64,000 nt of DNA from an uncultured archaeon (GCA_964608725.1 CAZSPB010000001.1:171696-235695); one strand, 5' to 3'. Positions 26,725 through 37,355 are shown, numbered from the stretch's first letter. A program made the numbers and translations. Notes: a model not told the origin generated them from the sequence alone.

Positions 26725-27939
26725 TTAAATGAATTTTAATACTTCTTCCATAAAATCTTTTATATTTATTAATGGCCCTTTCTTACAATCTTCTTCATCA
26801 AATTTTTCAACATCATTCTTTTTTATACCTTTTGTAAAGATTAAAAATGGCATAACTCCAGGAGAATGTTGGCCTGTTTCAGAAGAGGTAGGATGATCGG
26901 AAGCAACAACTAACAAGGTTTTTTCAAAATCGCAATACTCTAGAATCCTTCCAAAGACTTCTCTATCAACTTTCTCTATGAAAATTCTTTTTAGTTGTGG
27001 TTTTTTGTCATGTGAAAAAACATCAAAAGCTTTAATATGTAATAATACAAAATTCTTCGTGTTTAATAAATCTAACGATTTCAAAACTTTTTCTCTTAAA
27101 TCTGTTTTTGAATCTCCTGTTATTCCAGAAATATCTATTGCCTCTATCTCCATACTTCTTGCAATACCTTTCACAATAGGTGAAGCAGCAACACAAGCGC
27201 CATCAAAACCAAATTTATCTCTAAAACTTTTTACGTATCTGTAACAGCTCGCACCTCTTAACAAAAGATAATTTGCAGGCTTTTCTCTGTATCTGTTTGC
27301 AGGATGTTCCTTCAATATTTTGTAAGTTTCTTTTTCGAATTTATTTAGAGCAGCAGCAGTTTTTTCTGCAGCACTATCCTTAGTTAAAGGTTCTATCTTT
27401 TTCACTTCTTTTCCTTCAACATAAGGATCAGAATCGCTCACATTAGGAGAGATGTTAAAACTGTTCACAACAACAACCCCTCTATGGCCAAGTGATTTAT
27501 AAAACTCTATCCTTACTCCATCTAAAAAGAATTCTTTTATATCTTTAGACATTTCAAACAAACCACTAGTATCTCTCCCAGCTCTTCTATCGACCACAAC
27601 TAGTACAGGTTCGTATTCTCCTGTGTGAAATTTATCCATCATAATTTCTTTTACTGTTGCAAAGTTTGCTCTTATGTAAACACTTCCAGGAATAGGTTTT
27701 AAACCAATACCTAAAGCTTCTAAGTAACCCCTACCAGGATACTCTTCTTGAGAGTAACCTAATAAAACGTAAGTTGAAACTCCTGAATCAGGATGTTTCC
27801 CTAAATCATTTTCTATTAAACCCGCAAAACCATTTTTCGTTAATAAATCTAAATTAGGCTTATTTGCTAATTGTAAAGGTGTCTTTTCAATTTTATCTGC
27901 TATACCATCAAGAATTAAAAACAAAACTTTTTTATGCAT
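26725..27939 (-). CDS. apgM: 2,3-bisphosphoglycerate-independent phosphoglycerate mutase
   Basis: LILDGIAD, TPLQLANKPNLD, GRGYLEALG, RANFAT, SHD, ASDHPT. Confidence 0.9.
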   Translation of the reverse strand: MHKKVLFLILDGIADKIEKTPLQLANKPNLDLLTKNGFAGLIENDLGKHPDSGVSTYVLLGYSQEEYPGRGYLEALGIGLKPIPGSVYIRANFATVKEIMMDKFHTGEYEPVLVVVDRRAGRDTSGLFEMSKDIKEFFLDGVRIEFYKSLGHRGVVVVNSFNISPNVSDSDPYVEGKEVKKIEPLTKDSAAEKTAAALNKFEKETYKILKEHPANRYREKPANYLLLRGASCYRYVKSFRDKFGFDGACVAASPIVKGIARSMEIEAIDISGITGDSKTDLREKVLKSLDLLNTKNFVLLHIKAFDVFSHDKKPQLKRIFIEKVDREVFGRILEYCDFEKTLLVVASDHPTSSETGQHSPGVMPFLIFTKGIKKNDVEKFDEEDCKKGPLINIKDFMEEVLKFI

Positions 27940-27965
27940 ATAACTATTTTTGTTTTTCTTATATA

Positions 27966-29510
27966 TTATCTTTCTAAAATGAAAATTTTTCTTTTTGGTA
28001 TTTCAGTTAATATTTTTTCTAAAAGCATTTTTTCTTCAAAATGTTTTCCAACGACTACTGGCTTTAATTTTTCTGCAAGTTTTATGGCTTCATTCAACTT
28101 AATATAATTTTCAGAGTATATTGTAAACAAAGTGTCACCCTTTTTAACAGGATCACCTGTTTTTACATTCAGCTTAATGCCCGCACCTTTATCTTTTGGA
28201 GCTCCAGCTTTTCTTGCAACAGCAATTACACTAGAATTTCTTATCCATAAAACTTTCCCCTCTTTTTCAGATTTTACTTTAAATAGTTTATCACCAACAG
28301 GTACATCTTCTGGGTTTATTTCAGGATTTCCTCCTTGGGCTTCTATTATTTCTCTAAACTTTTTCTCTGCTTTTCTCTTCTTTAATATCTCTAAAGCAAC
28401 TTTTTTGTCACCTTTTCCAACCATTTCAAAAAGTATTCCAGCTAAGTTAACAACCTTTGAAACTAAATCTCTTGGGCCTTTTCCTTCTAGAGTTATTAAA
28501 GCTTCTCTTGCTTCTAGAGAAGGTCCTATGCTATACCCTAAAGGTTGTTCAGCAAAAGTTATACCGCAAGCAACATGAATTCCTAATCTTTTTCCAAGTT
28601 CAATAAAATCATCTGAAAGTTCATGGGCTTCTTCTATAGTTTTCACTTTTGCTTCTTTTCCTGTAGGTATGTCTATCACTACGAAATTAGCTCCTATTGC
28701 CTTTTTCTTTGACATTATTGAGGGTAAAAGGAGAGGATCTATGCCTAGAGGGTATTCTATTTGAATGAACATATCATCTGCTGGTGCAATATCCAAAGCA
28801 CCACCCCAAACTAAGCAACCATTAGTTTTTCTAACAACTTTTTCAATTTCTTCTAAAGTTAAATCAACTGGCGCTAAAACTTCCATTCTTTCAGCAGTTC
28901 CACAAGGTGATGTTATTGCTCTAGAAGAAGTTTTTGGAATAGTTAGACCAGAAGCAGCAACTATAGGAACTAAAACTAAAGATGTTTTATCTCCAGCTAA
29001 GCCGCCTATAGAATGTTTGTCTACTATAAGTTTGCTTGAAAATTTAAACCTTTTTCCTGTTTCTACCATAGCTCTTGACAAACTTGCCGCTTCATCTATA
29101 GAAATTCCATTAGTGTAAAGTGCTGTCACAAATGCTGAAAGTTCTACATCAGAGATTTTCTTTGCTACAACATCTTTAACTATTTTCTTTATTTTTGGAT
29201 ATTCCAGTCTTGCACCAAATATTTTTTGTTTTATATAACTTACAGATTCTAAACTTATTTCAGGAGTAACTTCAACTACTTCTCCACCTTTTAAATCAAA
29301 GAAAGATGTTACATCATCATTTGTTATGATTTCGCCTTTCATTGCAAATTTCGTTGTGATATCCACTATGGCTGTTAACTCTTCATTTCTAAACTTTAGC
29401 CTTACTCTATCTAAAGCATGCAAACCTAAATATTCTGCATCTTCTTTATTCATTATAACAATAAATTTCCCTCCAACTTCAAGGTTTATTGGTCTTACTC
29501 TCAATTTCAT
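27966..29510 (-). CDS. deoA: AMP phosphorylase
   Basis: DKHSIGGLAGDKT, KTSSRAITSPCGTA, GAPKDKGAG; N-terminal barrel domain of the archaeal type. Confidence 0.95.
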   Translation of the reverse strand: MKLRVRPINLEVGGKFIVIMNKEDAEYLGLHALDRVRLKFRNEELTAIVDITTKFAMKGEIITNDDVTSFFDLKGGEVVEVTPEISLESVSYIKQKIFGARLEYPKIKKIVKDVVAKKISDVELSAFVTALYTNGISIDEAASLSRAMVETGKRFKFSSKLIVDKHSIGGLAGDKTSLVLVPIVAASGLTIPKTSSRAITSPCGTAERMEVLAPVDLTLEEIEKVVRKTNGCLVWGGALDIAPADDMFIQIEYPLGIDPLLLPSIMSKKKAIGANFVVIDIPTGKEAKVKTIEEAHELSDDFIELGKRLGIHVACGITFAEQPLGYSIGPSLEAREALITLEGKGPRDLVSKVVNLAGILFEMVGKGDKKVALEILKKRKAEKKFREIIEAQGGNPEINPEDVPVGDKLFKVKSEKEGKVLWIRNSSVIAVARKAGAPKDKGAGIKLNVKTGDPVKKGDTLFTIYSENYIKLNEAIKLAEKLKPVVVGKHFEEKMLLEKILTEIPKRKIFILER

Positions 29511-29704
29511 TTTTTCATAACCTCAATAAATTTCTCTATTGATCTATCATAAGTTTTTTCTATTTCAGGAGGGAAAAAACAAGCTGGAAGTTCATTCCTT
29601 TTCAAATGATGTTTTATACATTCACAACAAATTCCTTTTATTTCACAAGGATAAGTGCAAGGACAGTTCGCTTTGTTTTCTTCCTTATTTAAACATTTTT
29701 TCAT
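29507..29704 (-). CDS. Small Cys-rich protein (DUF6485-like)
   Basis: CPCTYPC..KGICCECIKHH..ELPACFF..EKTYDRS. Confidence 0.75.
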   Translation of the reverse strand: MKKCLNKEENKANCPCTYPCEIKGICCECIKHHLKRNELPACFFPPEIEKTYDRSIEKFIEVMKK

Positions 29705-29714
29705 TTTTCTCCCT

Positions 29715-30167
29715 TTAAACCAGGGGGCAAGTTTGATTTCCTGTTATTTGATTACAAGCTTTTTTCAAATTTTCACAATCCAATCCTGAATTGTGATACT
29801 GATTTTGCAAATTACATAAATTCTTAATGTACCACTCTATTTGTGGCAAGCTTACATCAGCACTAGTGTTGCAATTATATTTCCCCCAATAAACACAATT
29901 TTCTATCATCACATCTTTCAAAGAAGCACATTTATATCCAGGTCTCGCTACTTCACATTCTCCTTTTGGTAAATAAGTTGGAATGCTAACTAGAATTACA
30001 AAAATTATTAAAACTACTATTGAAATTTTGTCTTTTCTTGTTAACTTTGGAATTTTTATTTTTTCGAAGAGTTTTTTCTTTTGTTTTTCTCCTTCTAAAG
30101 TTTTTTCTTCAAATTCCCTTTTTTCTTCTTCAGACTTAGTTTCGTCTTTCTTTTCTTCTTCACTCAT
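29715..30167 (-). CDS. Single-pass membrane protein with Cys-rich external domain
   Basis: Charged N-terminus, one TM, eight Cys. Confidence 0.7.
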   Translation of the reverse strand: MSEEEKKDETKSEEEKREFEEKTLEGEKQKKKLFEKIKIPKLTRKDKISIVVLIIFVILVSIPTYLPKGECEVARPGYKCASLKDVMIENCVYWGKYNCNTSADVSLPQIEWYIKNLCNLQNQYHNSGLDCENLKKACNQITGNQTCPLV

Positions 30168-30171
30168 AAAC

Positions 30172-31401
30172 TCACTTTATAATCCCAAACCTTTTAATCG
30201 TATCTCTTAACTCTTTATGAGTTTTTGCGTATTCTTTCAAAGAAATTCCTTTAGTAACAGCTTCAATTGCTTGTCTTATGCCTCTTGCTCCATATTTTGT
30301 TCCTTTTGGATGCCAATGACATCCACCACCAAATTGTGCAATGAAATCGTTACCAAAAATCTCAATCAACTTTGGTAACATGCCAGCATGTAGACCCCCA
30401 GAAGCAACTGGCATAACTCTTTTTAAGCCGTATAACTTATTTTTTAAAGCATCACAATTTTTCAAAACTTCTTTTTTACTTTCAAACATTTTTCCTATAG
30501 CAGTACCTACATGTAATTGGTCCAAACCAATAATTCTTGTTATTTGAGCTATTACTCTCATTGTTATTCCATGTTTAGGATTTTTTGTAAGTATAGCATG
30601 GCCCGCTCTATGAGCATGCAAAACTAACTTCAAATCATCATTAGCATTTCTCAAATTTTGTAAAGCAGACCAACCTAGTGTTATTATATCAACCATTACA
30701 TATCTTCCTCCAGCTTCTTTAACGTAATAAGCCCTTTCAAGCATCTTATCAATTTCAGCTGTTATGTTAGGCATATAAACTTTAACTTCTCCTGTTTCTT
30801 TTTCGGCTTTATCTCTCATTTTCAAAGTTTCCAAAACCCTTTTTTCAAACTTGTTGAATTTTAATGAGCTTAAATTTTCATCATCTTTAACGATATCAAT
30901 TCCACCAACCCAAGCTTCGTAAGCAACTTTAGCATGTTCTTTTTCATTCAACCCAAGCTTCGGTTTAATTATCGTTCCGCATAAAGGCCTATCCCAAACT
31001 TTTAATATCTTTCTTATTCCCTTTATACCAAATAGTGGTCCTTTAAATGATTTTACTATTTTTTTAGGCCATTGAACATCTTCTAGCCTTAAATTCTTTA
31101 CAGATTTCATTCCAAAGATATTACCAGCAATACTAGAAAGAATTTGAGACATGTTACCAGGCTCGAATAGATTAGAAGGATAAGCAATTTTCACATAGTT
31201 CTTTTTTATTTCAAAAACTTTTGCACCCAATTTTCTTATTCTAGGTTTCATTGTCTTTACTTCTGTCCAAGTTCCTATACTTGATTCGGCTGCTACATGT
31301 TCAGCTGCTTTCTTAATAGAAATTCCTTTTGCAGGTTCTATTCTGAATAAACAAACTAAATCATCTTTTTTTGGTATGTACCTTAAATTTATATAACTCA
31401 T
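30172..31401 (-). CDS. rbcL: RuBisCO form III
   Basis: AAESSIGTW, GTIIKPKLGL, catalytic KDDE, HAHRAGHA, ASGGLH, QFGGG. Confidence 0.96.
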   Translation of the reverse strand: MSYINLRYIPKKDDLVCLFRIEPAKGISIKKAAEHVAAESSIGTWTEVKTMKPRIRKLGAKVFEIKKNYVKIAYPSNLFEPGNMSQILSSIAGNIFGMKSVKNLRLEDVQWPKKIVKSFKGPLFGIKGIRKILKVWDRPLCGTIIKPKLGLNEKEHAKVAYEAWVGGIDIVKDDENLSSLKFNKFEKRVLETLKMRDKAEKETGEVKVYMPNITAEIDKMLERAYYVKEAGGRYVMVDIITLGWSALQNLRNANDDLKLVLHAHRAGHAILTKNPKHGITMRVIAQITRIIGLDQLHVGTAIGKMFESKKEVLKNCDALKNKLYGLKRVMPVASGGLHAGMLPKLIEIFGNDFIAQFGGGCHWHPKGTKYGARGIRQAIEAVTKGISLKEYAKTHKELRDTIKRFGIIK

Positions 31402-31763
31402 TTCTTCTTCACCTTTTTATAAATCCAAACAATAATGCAAGAGAGTAGATAAGGGATTACTATCACTATTAAAGAAAATGGCAGTAAAAATGAAAAATGA
31501 CACTTACAACTTATCCACCATATCTCGTCTGATAACCCACACTCTTGATAACTTAAGATATCTTCTCTCATAATACTCGAAAGAATACCCATATATATAG
31601 GGACTAATTTCGTTCCTGGATATAATCCAAGCGCTGGAAGAGATTCAACCCCATGTATTTCTATCTCACAAGGATAAACAGGAATCAAGAGTATTAAAAT
31701 TGAAATAAATACAAATATCACAATCTTTCTCGGTTCTAACTCTAGAAATTGTTTTATACTCAT
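31398..31763 (-). CDS. Hypothetical membrane protein
   Basis: Two TM segments; coupled to rbcL by ATGA. Confidence 0.65.
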   Translation of the reverse strand: MSIKQFLELEPRKIVIFVFISILILLIPVYPCEIEIHGVESLPALGLYPGTKLVPIYMGILSSIMREDILSYQECGLSDEIWWISCKCHFSFLLPFSLIVIVIPYLLSCIIVWIYKKVKKK

Positions 31764-32240
31764 TTAATCAACTGTTGTTGTGAAGTTATCATCAAAAGTG
31801 TGAAACACTCTTTTCTCTTTTATTTTTAATTTATGATTTAAAATTTCACCTATAAAAATTGTATGATCTCCAGCATCAATTTCTTTCACAACTTTACACT
31901 CTAAAAAAGCAATTGCATCTTTTAACCTAGGGCAATCTATCTTTTCTGATTCTTCTTTTTCTAGTTTAGCCTCTTTAAATTTATCCATATTCCTTCCAGA
32001 ATTCCTTCCACAAAATAAAACTTTTTCTTTTAATTCAAAAGGCATAAAATTAACAACAAAAACTTTAGATTTTTTTATGAGATTGTGAGAAAATCTAGTT
32101 TTTCCAACTGCTATTGCATACAGAGGCGGGAAAAATGAAACTGGCATATGCCAGTCTAAAGTTATTATATTATCTTTTTCTTTATATCTCGTTGTTACCA
32201 ATATAGTTTGTCTTGGATTAAATATATTCAACATAAGCAC
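31764..32240 (-). CDS. Flavin reductase-like protein
   Basis: PVSFFPP, CGRNSGR..DKF, GDHTIFIGEI. Confidence 0.88.
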   Translation of the reverse strand: MLMLNIFNPRQTILVTTRYKEKDNIITLDWHMPVSFFPPLYAIAVGKTRFSHNLIKKSKVFVVNFMPFELKEKVLFCGRNSGRNMDKFKEAKLEKEESEKIDCPRLKDAIAFLECKVVKEIDAGDHTIFIGEILNHKLKIKEKRVFHTFDDNFTTTVD

Positions 32241-33084
32241 CTTTTAACATTTTTAATATATTACCAGGAGTTAATATTCCTTTTTCTGTTATAACTCTTT
32301 TCACATACTTCCAAGGTGTTATATCAAATGCAGGATTTTTAATTTCTAAAGTTTTAAGATGCTCTACATAAATTTCATACGGGCTTCTCTCTTCTATAAT
32401 AACTTTCTTTCTTCTATCTAACTTTAAGGTATTGCCAACAACGTAAAATGGTCTTTTGTATTCTTTTGCAACTATGGCCATAGAGCAAGTCCCTATTTTA
32501 TTCACAACACCTTCTTTTCTTAAAGCATCAGATCCTACTATTACCATGTCAATATCTTTAATAAAAAATTCTACAGCAGAATCCACTATTAAAATAACAT
32601 GAATACCCATTCTGCTTAATTCTTTTGCAGTTTTTATTCCTTGCTCTTTAGGTCTTGTTTCCGTTGCATAAACAGTAATTTTCTTCCCATTTTTCCAAGC
32701 TCGTTTTATAACTGCTAGTGCTTCACCAGAATGGCAGTGTGTCATTATTTTGCTTCCATTCTTTATTATCCTCTCACCTTTTTTTGCAATTTCTTTATCA
32801 ACATTAGATAACCACTTTATTAGTTTATTCAGCCTTTCTATACTTTCATCTTTCTTCAAAATTTCCAAACAATTATGAAGAACAACAGCAGTTGGTCTTG
32901 TTTTTTCAATTTTCCTAGCAACACTTTCAAACTTTTTTCCAAAACCATTTTCCTTCGCAAAATTTCTCAAAAATTTTAAACTTTCTATTGCTATTTCTTT
33001 TGCTCCTTGAATTTCAAGGCTTTTTATTCTCTTTATGAAACTATCTAGGCTTTCATGCATAGATTGATTATATAAAAAGTACAA
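32218..33084 (-). CDS. Ribose-1,5-bisphosphate isomerase (eIF-2B-like)
   Basis: IQGA, TRPTAV, THCHS, TETRP, NKIGT, NPAFDITP; clustered with rbcL and AMP phosphorylase; start probably MHESLD. Confidence 0.9.
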   Translation of the reverse strand: MYFLYNQSMHESLDSFIKRIKSLEIQGAKEIAIESLKFLRNFAKENGFGKKFESVARKIEKTRPTAVVLHNCLEILKKDESIERLNKLIKWLSNVDKEIAKKGERIIKNGSKIMTHCHSGEALAVIKRAWKNGKKITVYATETRPKEQGIKTAKELSRMGIHVILIVDSAVEFFIKDIDMVIVGSDALRKEGVVNKIGTCSMAIVAKEYKRPFYVVGNTLKLDRRKKVIIEERSPYEIYVEHLKTLEIKNPAFDITPWKYVKRVITEKGILTPGNILKMLKGAYVEYI

Positions 33085-33093
33085 AATAAATTT

Positions 33094-33747
33094 ATGGATT
33101 TTAACAAAGAAAATGAAAGGTTAATAAATTACATAAAAAGTTACGGTTATCTTAAGTCAAGAAAATTAGAAAAGGCCTTAAAAGAAATTCCAAGACACTT
33201 ATTCGTTCCTGAAGATGTCAAAGAACTTTCTTATAGGGATGTTCCTCTTTCTATAGGATTTGGTCAAACTATTTCTCAGCCTTCTACTGTTGTCATAATG
33301 ACAGAGGCTTTAGAGGTGAAAGAAGGGAATAAAATACTTGAAGTTGGAACAGGTTCTGGTTGGCAAGCTGCAATTTTAGGAAAACTTGTTGGTGAAAAAG
33401 GTTTAGTTTATACTATTGAAGTTAATCCACAACTAGTTGAATTTGCAAAAGAAAACTTACGAAAAGTTGGGTTAAAGAACGTTAAGGTTTTTGAAGGTGA
33501 TGGTTCACTAGGGTTAAAAGAATATGCTCCTTTTGATAGAATAATTGTTACAGCAGCTGCTCCAGATTTTCCCAAACCACTAATCCAACAGTTAAAAGTT
33601 AATGGTATAATGGTAATACCAGTTGGAAACATTTACTTACAAGAAATGTATGTAGTAAAAAAATTAAAAAGTAAGTTAGAAAAGAAATCGATTGGGCCAT
33701 TTATGTTTGTTCCTTTAGTAGGAAAGTATGGTTTCAAAATTAAATAA
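33094..33747 (+). CDS. pcm: Protein-L-isoaspartate O-methyltransferase
   Basis: GQTISQP, LEVGTGSGWQAA, APFDRIIVTAAA, FVPLVG. Confidence 0.95.
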   Translation: MDFNKENERLINYIKSYGYLKSRKLEKALKEIPRHLFVPEDVKELSYRDVPLSIGFGQTISQPSTVVIMTEALEVKEGNKILEVGTGSGWQAAILGKLVGEKGLVYTIEVNPQLVEFAKENLRKVGLKNVKVFEGDGSLGLKEYAPFDRIIVTAAAPDFPKPLIQQLKVNGIMVIPVGNIYLQEMYVVKKLKSKLEKKSIGPFMFVPLVGKYGFKIK

Positions 33748-34875
33748 CTATTTTTTAAGGATGATAACACTTTCCCTAACTTTACCAACTTTTATTGTCC
33801 TTGCTCTAGTACACCAAGATTCTCTTGCTATTAGTATACTTCTCACTTTAAAACCTATCTTTTTTGCTAATCCAGCAGTTATTTCATCAGTTTTTATCAC
33901 TCTGTCTGGAAAGCATCCTCCTCCAATGACTATTGCTAAATTTGCACCTTCTTTACAAACTCTATACATTTCTTTTAAAGCTAAGTTAATATCTCTAAAG
34001 TATGCTTTTGCAATGGGAGGTAAATTCTGATTTAAGCCCAATTCGCTAACATTTATGTCTTTAACTTTAGCTCCTATATAAGATCTCAACTTTGTTTCTG
34101 GAAAACCTAAAAAATACATTTCTATACCATAAATTTTTGTGTACTCTATTTTGTTCAAGTAAGGTGGTGATGTTATTACAGCATCTATAACTTTATTTTT
34201 TAATTTTAGATTTCTAGCATCACCAATTTCTACTCTCGTTTCAACAGGTTTAATTTTCGTATTTTTCAAATCTTTTAACATTTTTTTCAATTTATACTTG
34301 AAGAATTTTTTTAAAGGTGGTCTTCCTCTCTTTTGAATTTTAACTACAGCCCCATCTTTAATAACCCAACTTACTGACATTGCACTATCTATTAATGCTA
34401 ATAACAAAAAGTTTTTTACTTTTTCATCTTTTATTTCTAATATTTTATTTTTATAGAAAATAACATCTTCTAAAGTATATCTTGGAAACGCTTTTCTTAC
34501 AAACTTTTCTCTTGGCAATTTTTTTGGTTTTTCTCGTTTTAATTTTAAAATTTGTGAAATTGCTTTTTCTAAACTTCCTAAATCATAATCTGTAGTTTTA
34601 ACTTTAGAAACAAAAACAAAAAATGGAGAAACATCAAAACCTATTGATTTAATCCCTTTTTGTTTACAAGCTAACAAAGTAGTTCCACAACCGCAGAAGG
34701 GATCTAATACTAAAGAATTCTTGTTTAACTTAAATTTATCAATAAAAATTTCAACTAATTTTTTAGAAAATCCTTCTTTAAAATAGTACCAATTATGAAT
34801 TGGTTCTTTTTTATTTGGGATGAATGTTACTAATTTTTTAAGTTCAGGAGCTCTAGAAATTTTCATTTCAGCCAA
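33748..34875 (-). CDS. Orphan amino-DNA methyltransferase (probably N4-cytosine)
   Basis: IHNWYYFKEGFS, VLDPFCGCGTT (motif I) before ITSPPYLN (motif IV). Confidence 0.85.
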   Translation of the reverse strand: MAEMKISRAPELKKLVTFIPNKKEPIHNWYYFKEGFSKKLVEIFIDKFKLNKNSLVLDPFCGCGTTLLACKQKGIKSIGFDVSPFFVFVSKVKTTDYDLGSLEKAISQILKLKREKPKKLPREKFVRKAFPRYTLEDVIFYKNKILEIKDEKVKNFLLLALIDSAMSVSWVIKDGAVVKIQKRGRPPLKKFFKYKLKKMLKDLKNTKIKPVETRVEIGDARNLKLKNKVIDAVITSPPYLNKIEYTKIYGIEMYFLGFPETKLRSYIGAKVKDINVSELGLNQNLPPIAKAYFRDINLALKEMYRVCKEGANLAIVIGGGCFPDRVIKTDEITAGLAKKIGFKVRSILIARESWCTRARTIKVGKVRESVIILKK

Positions 34876-35876
34876 CTTCCTAATGAAGTTTGCTTTGCTT
34901 GAGTTAATGTTTTAATTACTTTTTCTATTCTCTCTTTAGAAAAATCATGTTCTTCAACCATAAATTCTATTATTTTTTCAGGCTGTAATTGTCTAAATTC
35001 TATTTTAACATTTTTATTGATAGGAGGATCTAAGTAAAATTTATAAATTTCTTCAGGTGGTGTTTCACAATTCCACTCTATTTTTTTCAAAACATTTTTC
35101 AAACTTTTTTCTCTTTTAACTAACTCTAGGGCCCTTTTTGGCCCATAACCTCTTATTCCAGGATTATAGTCTGTACCGACGAGTAAACCGATAATTATGA
35201 GCTGTTCTCTAGTAATGTTAAGCTTTTCCAAAACTTCTTTTAATTCTATTAATTCAGGTTTTACTTCAATATAGACTTCTTGTCTAGGCAGTTTTCTTCT
35301 TCCTGTAATAGAAAGATTTCTTACTAGTCTTGGGGAATCAAACAAAAGACTATCACTATCTTGACTTGAAACAGCATAAACAAAACCTTTCTTACAAAGG
35401 TAAGCACATTGGGCTTCACCTTCTGAAGGTGCTTGAATTACCGGAATTCCCATATAAGATAAAAGTTTTTTAGATTGCTCAACTATTTCTTCTGTTATTA
35501 TAGAAGTCGCTTGTGCAGCTTTTTTTGCTTCTTTTAAATCACCAACTTTCAAAGCTTCTACCCATTTTTTCAAAGCTTCTTTTTTCAAAGCTTCTCTCTC
35601 TTTTATAGTTTTTATTTTGAATTCAGGTTTCTCTCCATCAAAAACCCAAACAAGTTTTATATTATTTTGGATTAGTTTTGCAGATCTGTAAAAAATACCA
35701 CTTAAATGGCTTGTAATCCTTCCTTTTGAATCTTTGAGGGGAGTACCATCAGGTTGCCTTATAATACTCATGAATTGATGTAACCATAAGAAAGCATCAA
35801 CAGCTACAATTTTCCCAGCTAAATCTTTTATTTCAATCTCTTTTTTTGGTAATATGTTTGAAATTTGAACTCCCAT
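34863..35876 (-). CDS. fen: Flap endonuclease 1
   Basis: MGV start, TSHLSG, APSEGEAQ, GTDYNPG, C-terminal PIP box QTSLGSW. Confidence 0.97.
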   Translation of the reverse strand: MGVQISNILPKKEIEIKDLAGKIVAVDAFLWLHQFMSIIRQPDGTPLKDSKGRITSHLSGIFYRSAKLIQNNIKLVWVFDGEKPEFKIKTIKEREALKKEALKKWVEALKVGDLKEAKKAAQATSIITEEIVEQSKKLLSYMGIPVIQAPSEGEAQCAYLCKKGFVYAVSSQDSDSLLFDSPRLVRNLSITGRRKLPRQEVYIEVKPELIELKEVLEKLNITREQLIIIGLLVGTDYNPGIRGYGPKRALELVKREKSLKNVLKKIEWNCETPPEEIYKFYLDPPINKNVKIEFRQLQPEKIIEFMVEEHDFSKERIEKVIKTLTQAKQTSLGSWLK

Positions 35877-35905
35877 AGTTTAAAGTTTGTTTAGAGAAAT
35901 ATAAA

Positions 35906-37309
35906 TCACTTAGCAATTTTTTCCCACTCTTTTTTATTAAGTATACAACCAGGATCGGGGGCCATGTAATCATTAAAGTATGCATAAGCTCTTGCTCTAC
36001 AACCTCCACAAACAAATTTGTATTTACAGTTTGAGCAGTTTCCCTTTAATTTAGTTCTATCTCTCAAATCATTAAAAACTTTTGAATTTTTCCATATATC
36101 ATGGAATTTTTTCTCTCTTATGTTACCAACTTTAATTGGCATGAAAACGCAAGGTTGTACATCACCATTTGGTTCAATAGCGCAATAAATTCTTCCTGCA
36201 CCACAACCACCAATAAATTCTGCAAGCTGTAATATTTTTTCATTTGCCTCTCCAGCAGCATAAAAATGAGTAGGAGCACAAGCCCCATATTCCATAGTTA
36301 CTCTTGCATATTGAGGTGCAGTAGAAAATGTTTCTACCCCTTCATTATTAATTAACTTTTCAGCAAGAAAGGTTAGTAATTTCTCTCTTTCTTCTGGAGT
36401 TAAATCTTTTTTCGCAATTTCAACACCTTTTCCAGTTGGTATAAAATTGAAAACTATCATTCTATTAACTTTTAATTTACAAGCTAAATCGTAAATTTTA
36501 GGTATTTCTTTAATATTGTATTTAGTTGAAGTAGTTGCTATGCATGTATACAAGCCAACTTTTACACAATTTTTTATTCCTCTTATAGTTCTGTTAAAAG
36601 CACCTTTTATTCCTCTAAAAGAATCATGAGTTTTTGAATTGGCTCCATCTAAACTTATTTCAACATAATCAACACATTTACTTAGTTTTTTTGCTATTTT
36701 TTCAGTTATTAAAGTTCCGTTAGTTGCAAGAGCTACATATAACCCTTTTTTATGAGTATATTTAGCTACTTCAAAAAAATCTTTCCTCATCAAAGGTTCT
36801 CCTCCAGAAAAAGCTACAGCTACTGTTCCAATTTCTACAAGATGATCTACCAACTTTTTTGCTTCTTTTGTAGTAAGCTCATCTGGTAGTGGTTTGTCGG
36901 CTCTTTCATAACAATGTTTACATTTTAAATTACAAGCATGAGTAAAATCCCATACTATTAAAAAAGGTGCTGCAACTTTTTGTGGTTTTGTAATTCCATA
37001 TTCAGCAATTCCTTCTAAAACGTTAATTAAACCTTTTTTGAAAACATTTTCTTTCAAACCTTCTTTTATTTCTTTTTCAGAAACACCAAAAATTTTTCCA
37101 CCATTTCTTATAGCATAAGAGACTATTTTCCCAGCAATTTTACATTTCCAACAAGCATTTACTTTTTTTCCCAAGTATTGGTTTATAGCTATTTCCAATC
37201 TGCTACCACATTTATCTCTTTTCACAACGAATTTCAAAAGTCTTTTAAAAATAGGATTATCAAAAGATTTTTTCAAGGATATTATTGTTTCAACAGATTT
37301 TTCTGCCAT
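35906..37309 (-). CDS. Radical SAM/SPASM protein, candidate GMGT synthase (Gms-like)
   Basis: CNLKCKHC, GGCGAGR..C, CSNCKYKFVCGGCRA SPASM, N-terminal CxxC extension; directly downstream of tes. Confidence 0.65.
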   Translation of the reverse strand: MAEKSVETIISLKKSFDNPIFKRLLKFVVKRDKCGSRLEIAINQYLGKKVNACWKCKIAGKIVSYAIRNGGKIFGVSEKEIKEGLKENVFKKGLINVLEGIAEYGITKPQKVAAPFLIVWDFTHACNLKCKHCYERADKPLPDELTTKEAKKLVDHLVEIGTVAVAFSGGEPLMRKDFFEVAKYTHKKGLYVALATNGTLITEKIAKKLSKCVDYVEISLDGANSKTHDSFRGIKGAFNRTIRGIKNCVKVGLYTCIATTSTKYNIKEIPKIYDLACKLKVNRMIVFNFIPTGKGVEIAKKDLTPEEREKLLTFLAEKLINNEGVETFSTAPQYARVTMEYGACAPTHFYAAGEANEKILQLAEFIGGCGAGRIYCAIEPNGDVQPCVFMPIKVGNIREKKFHDIWKNSKVFNDLRDRTKLKGNCSNCKYKFVCGGCRARAYAYFNDYMAPDPGCILNKKEWEKIAK

Positions 37310-37355
37310 AATAATTAAAAGTTGGAATTAAAATTGTAAAAAAGTTTTTATACCT

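Noticed and set aside
30172..31401. RuBisCO as evidence of Calvin-cycle autotrophy
   Set aside because: Form III enzyme flanked by AMP phosphorylase and R15P isomerase; no phosphoribulokinase in the window.
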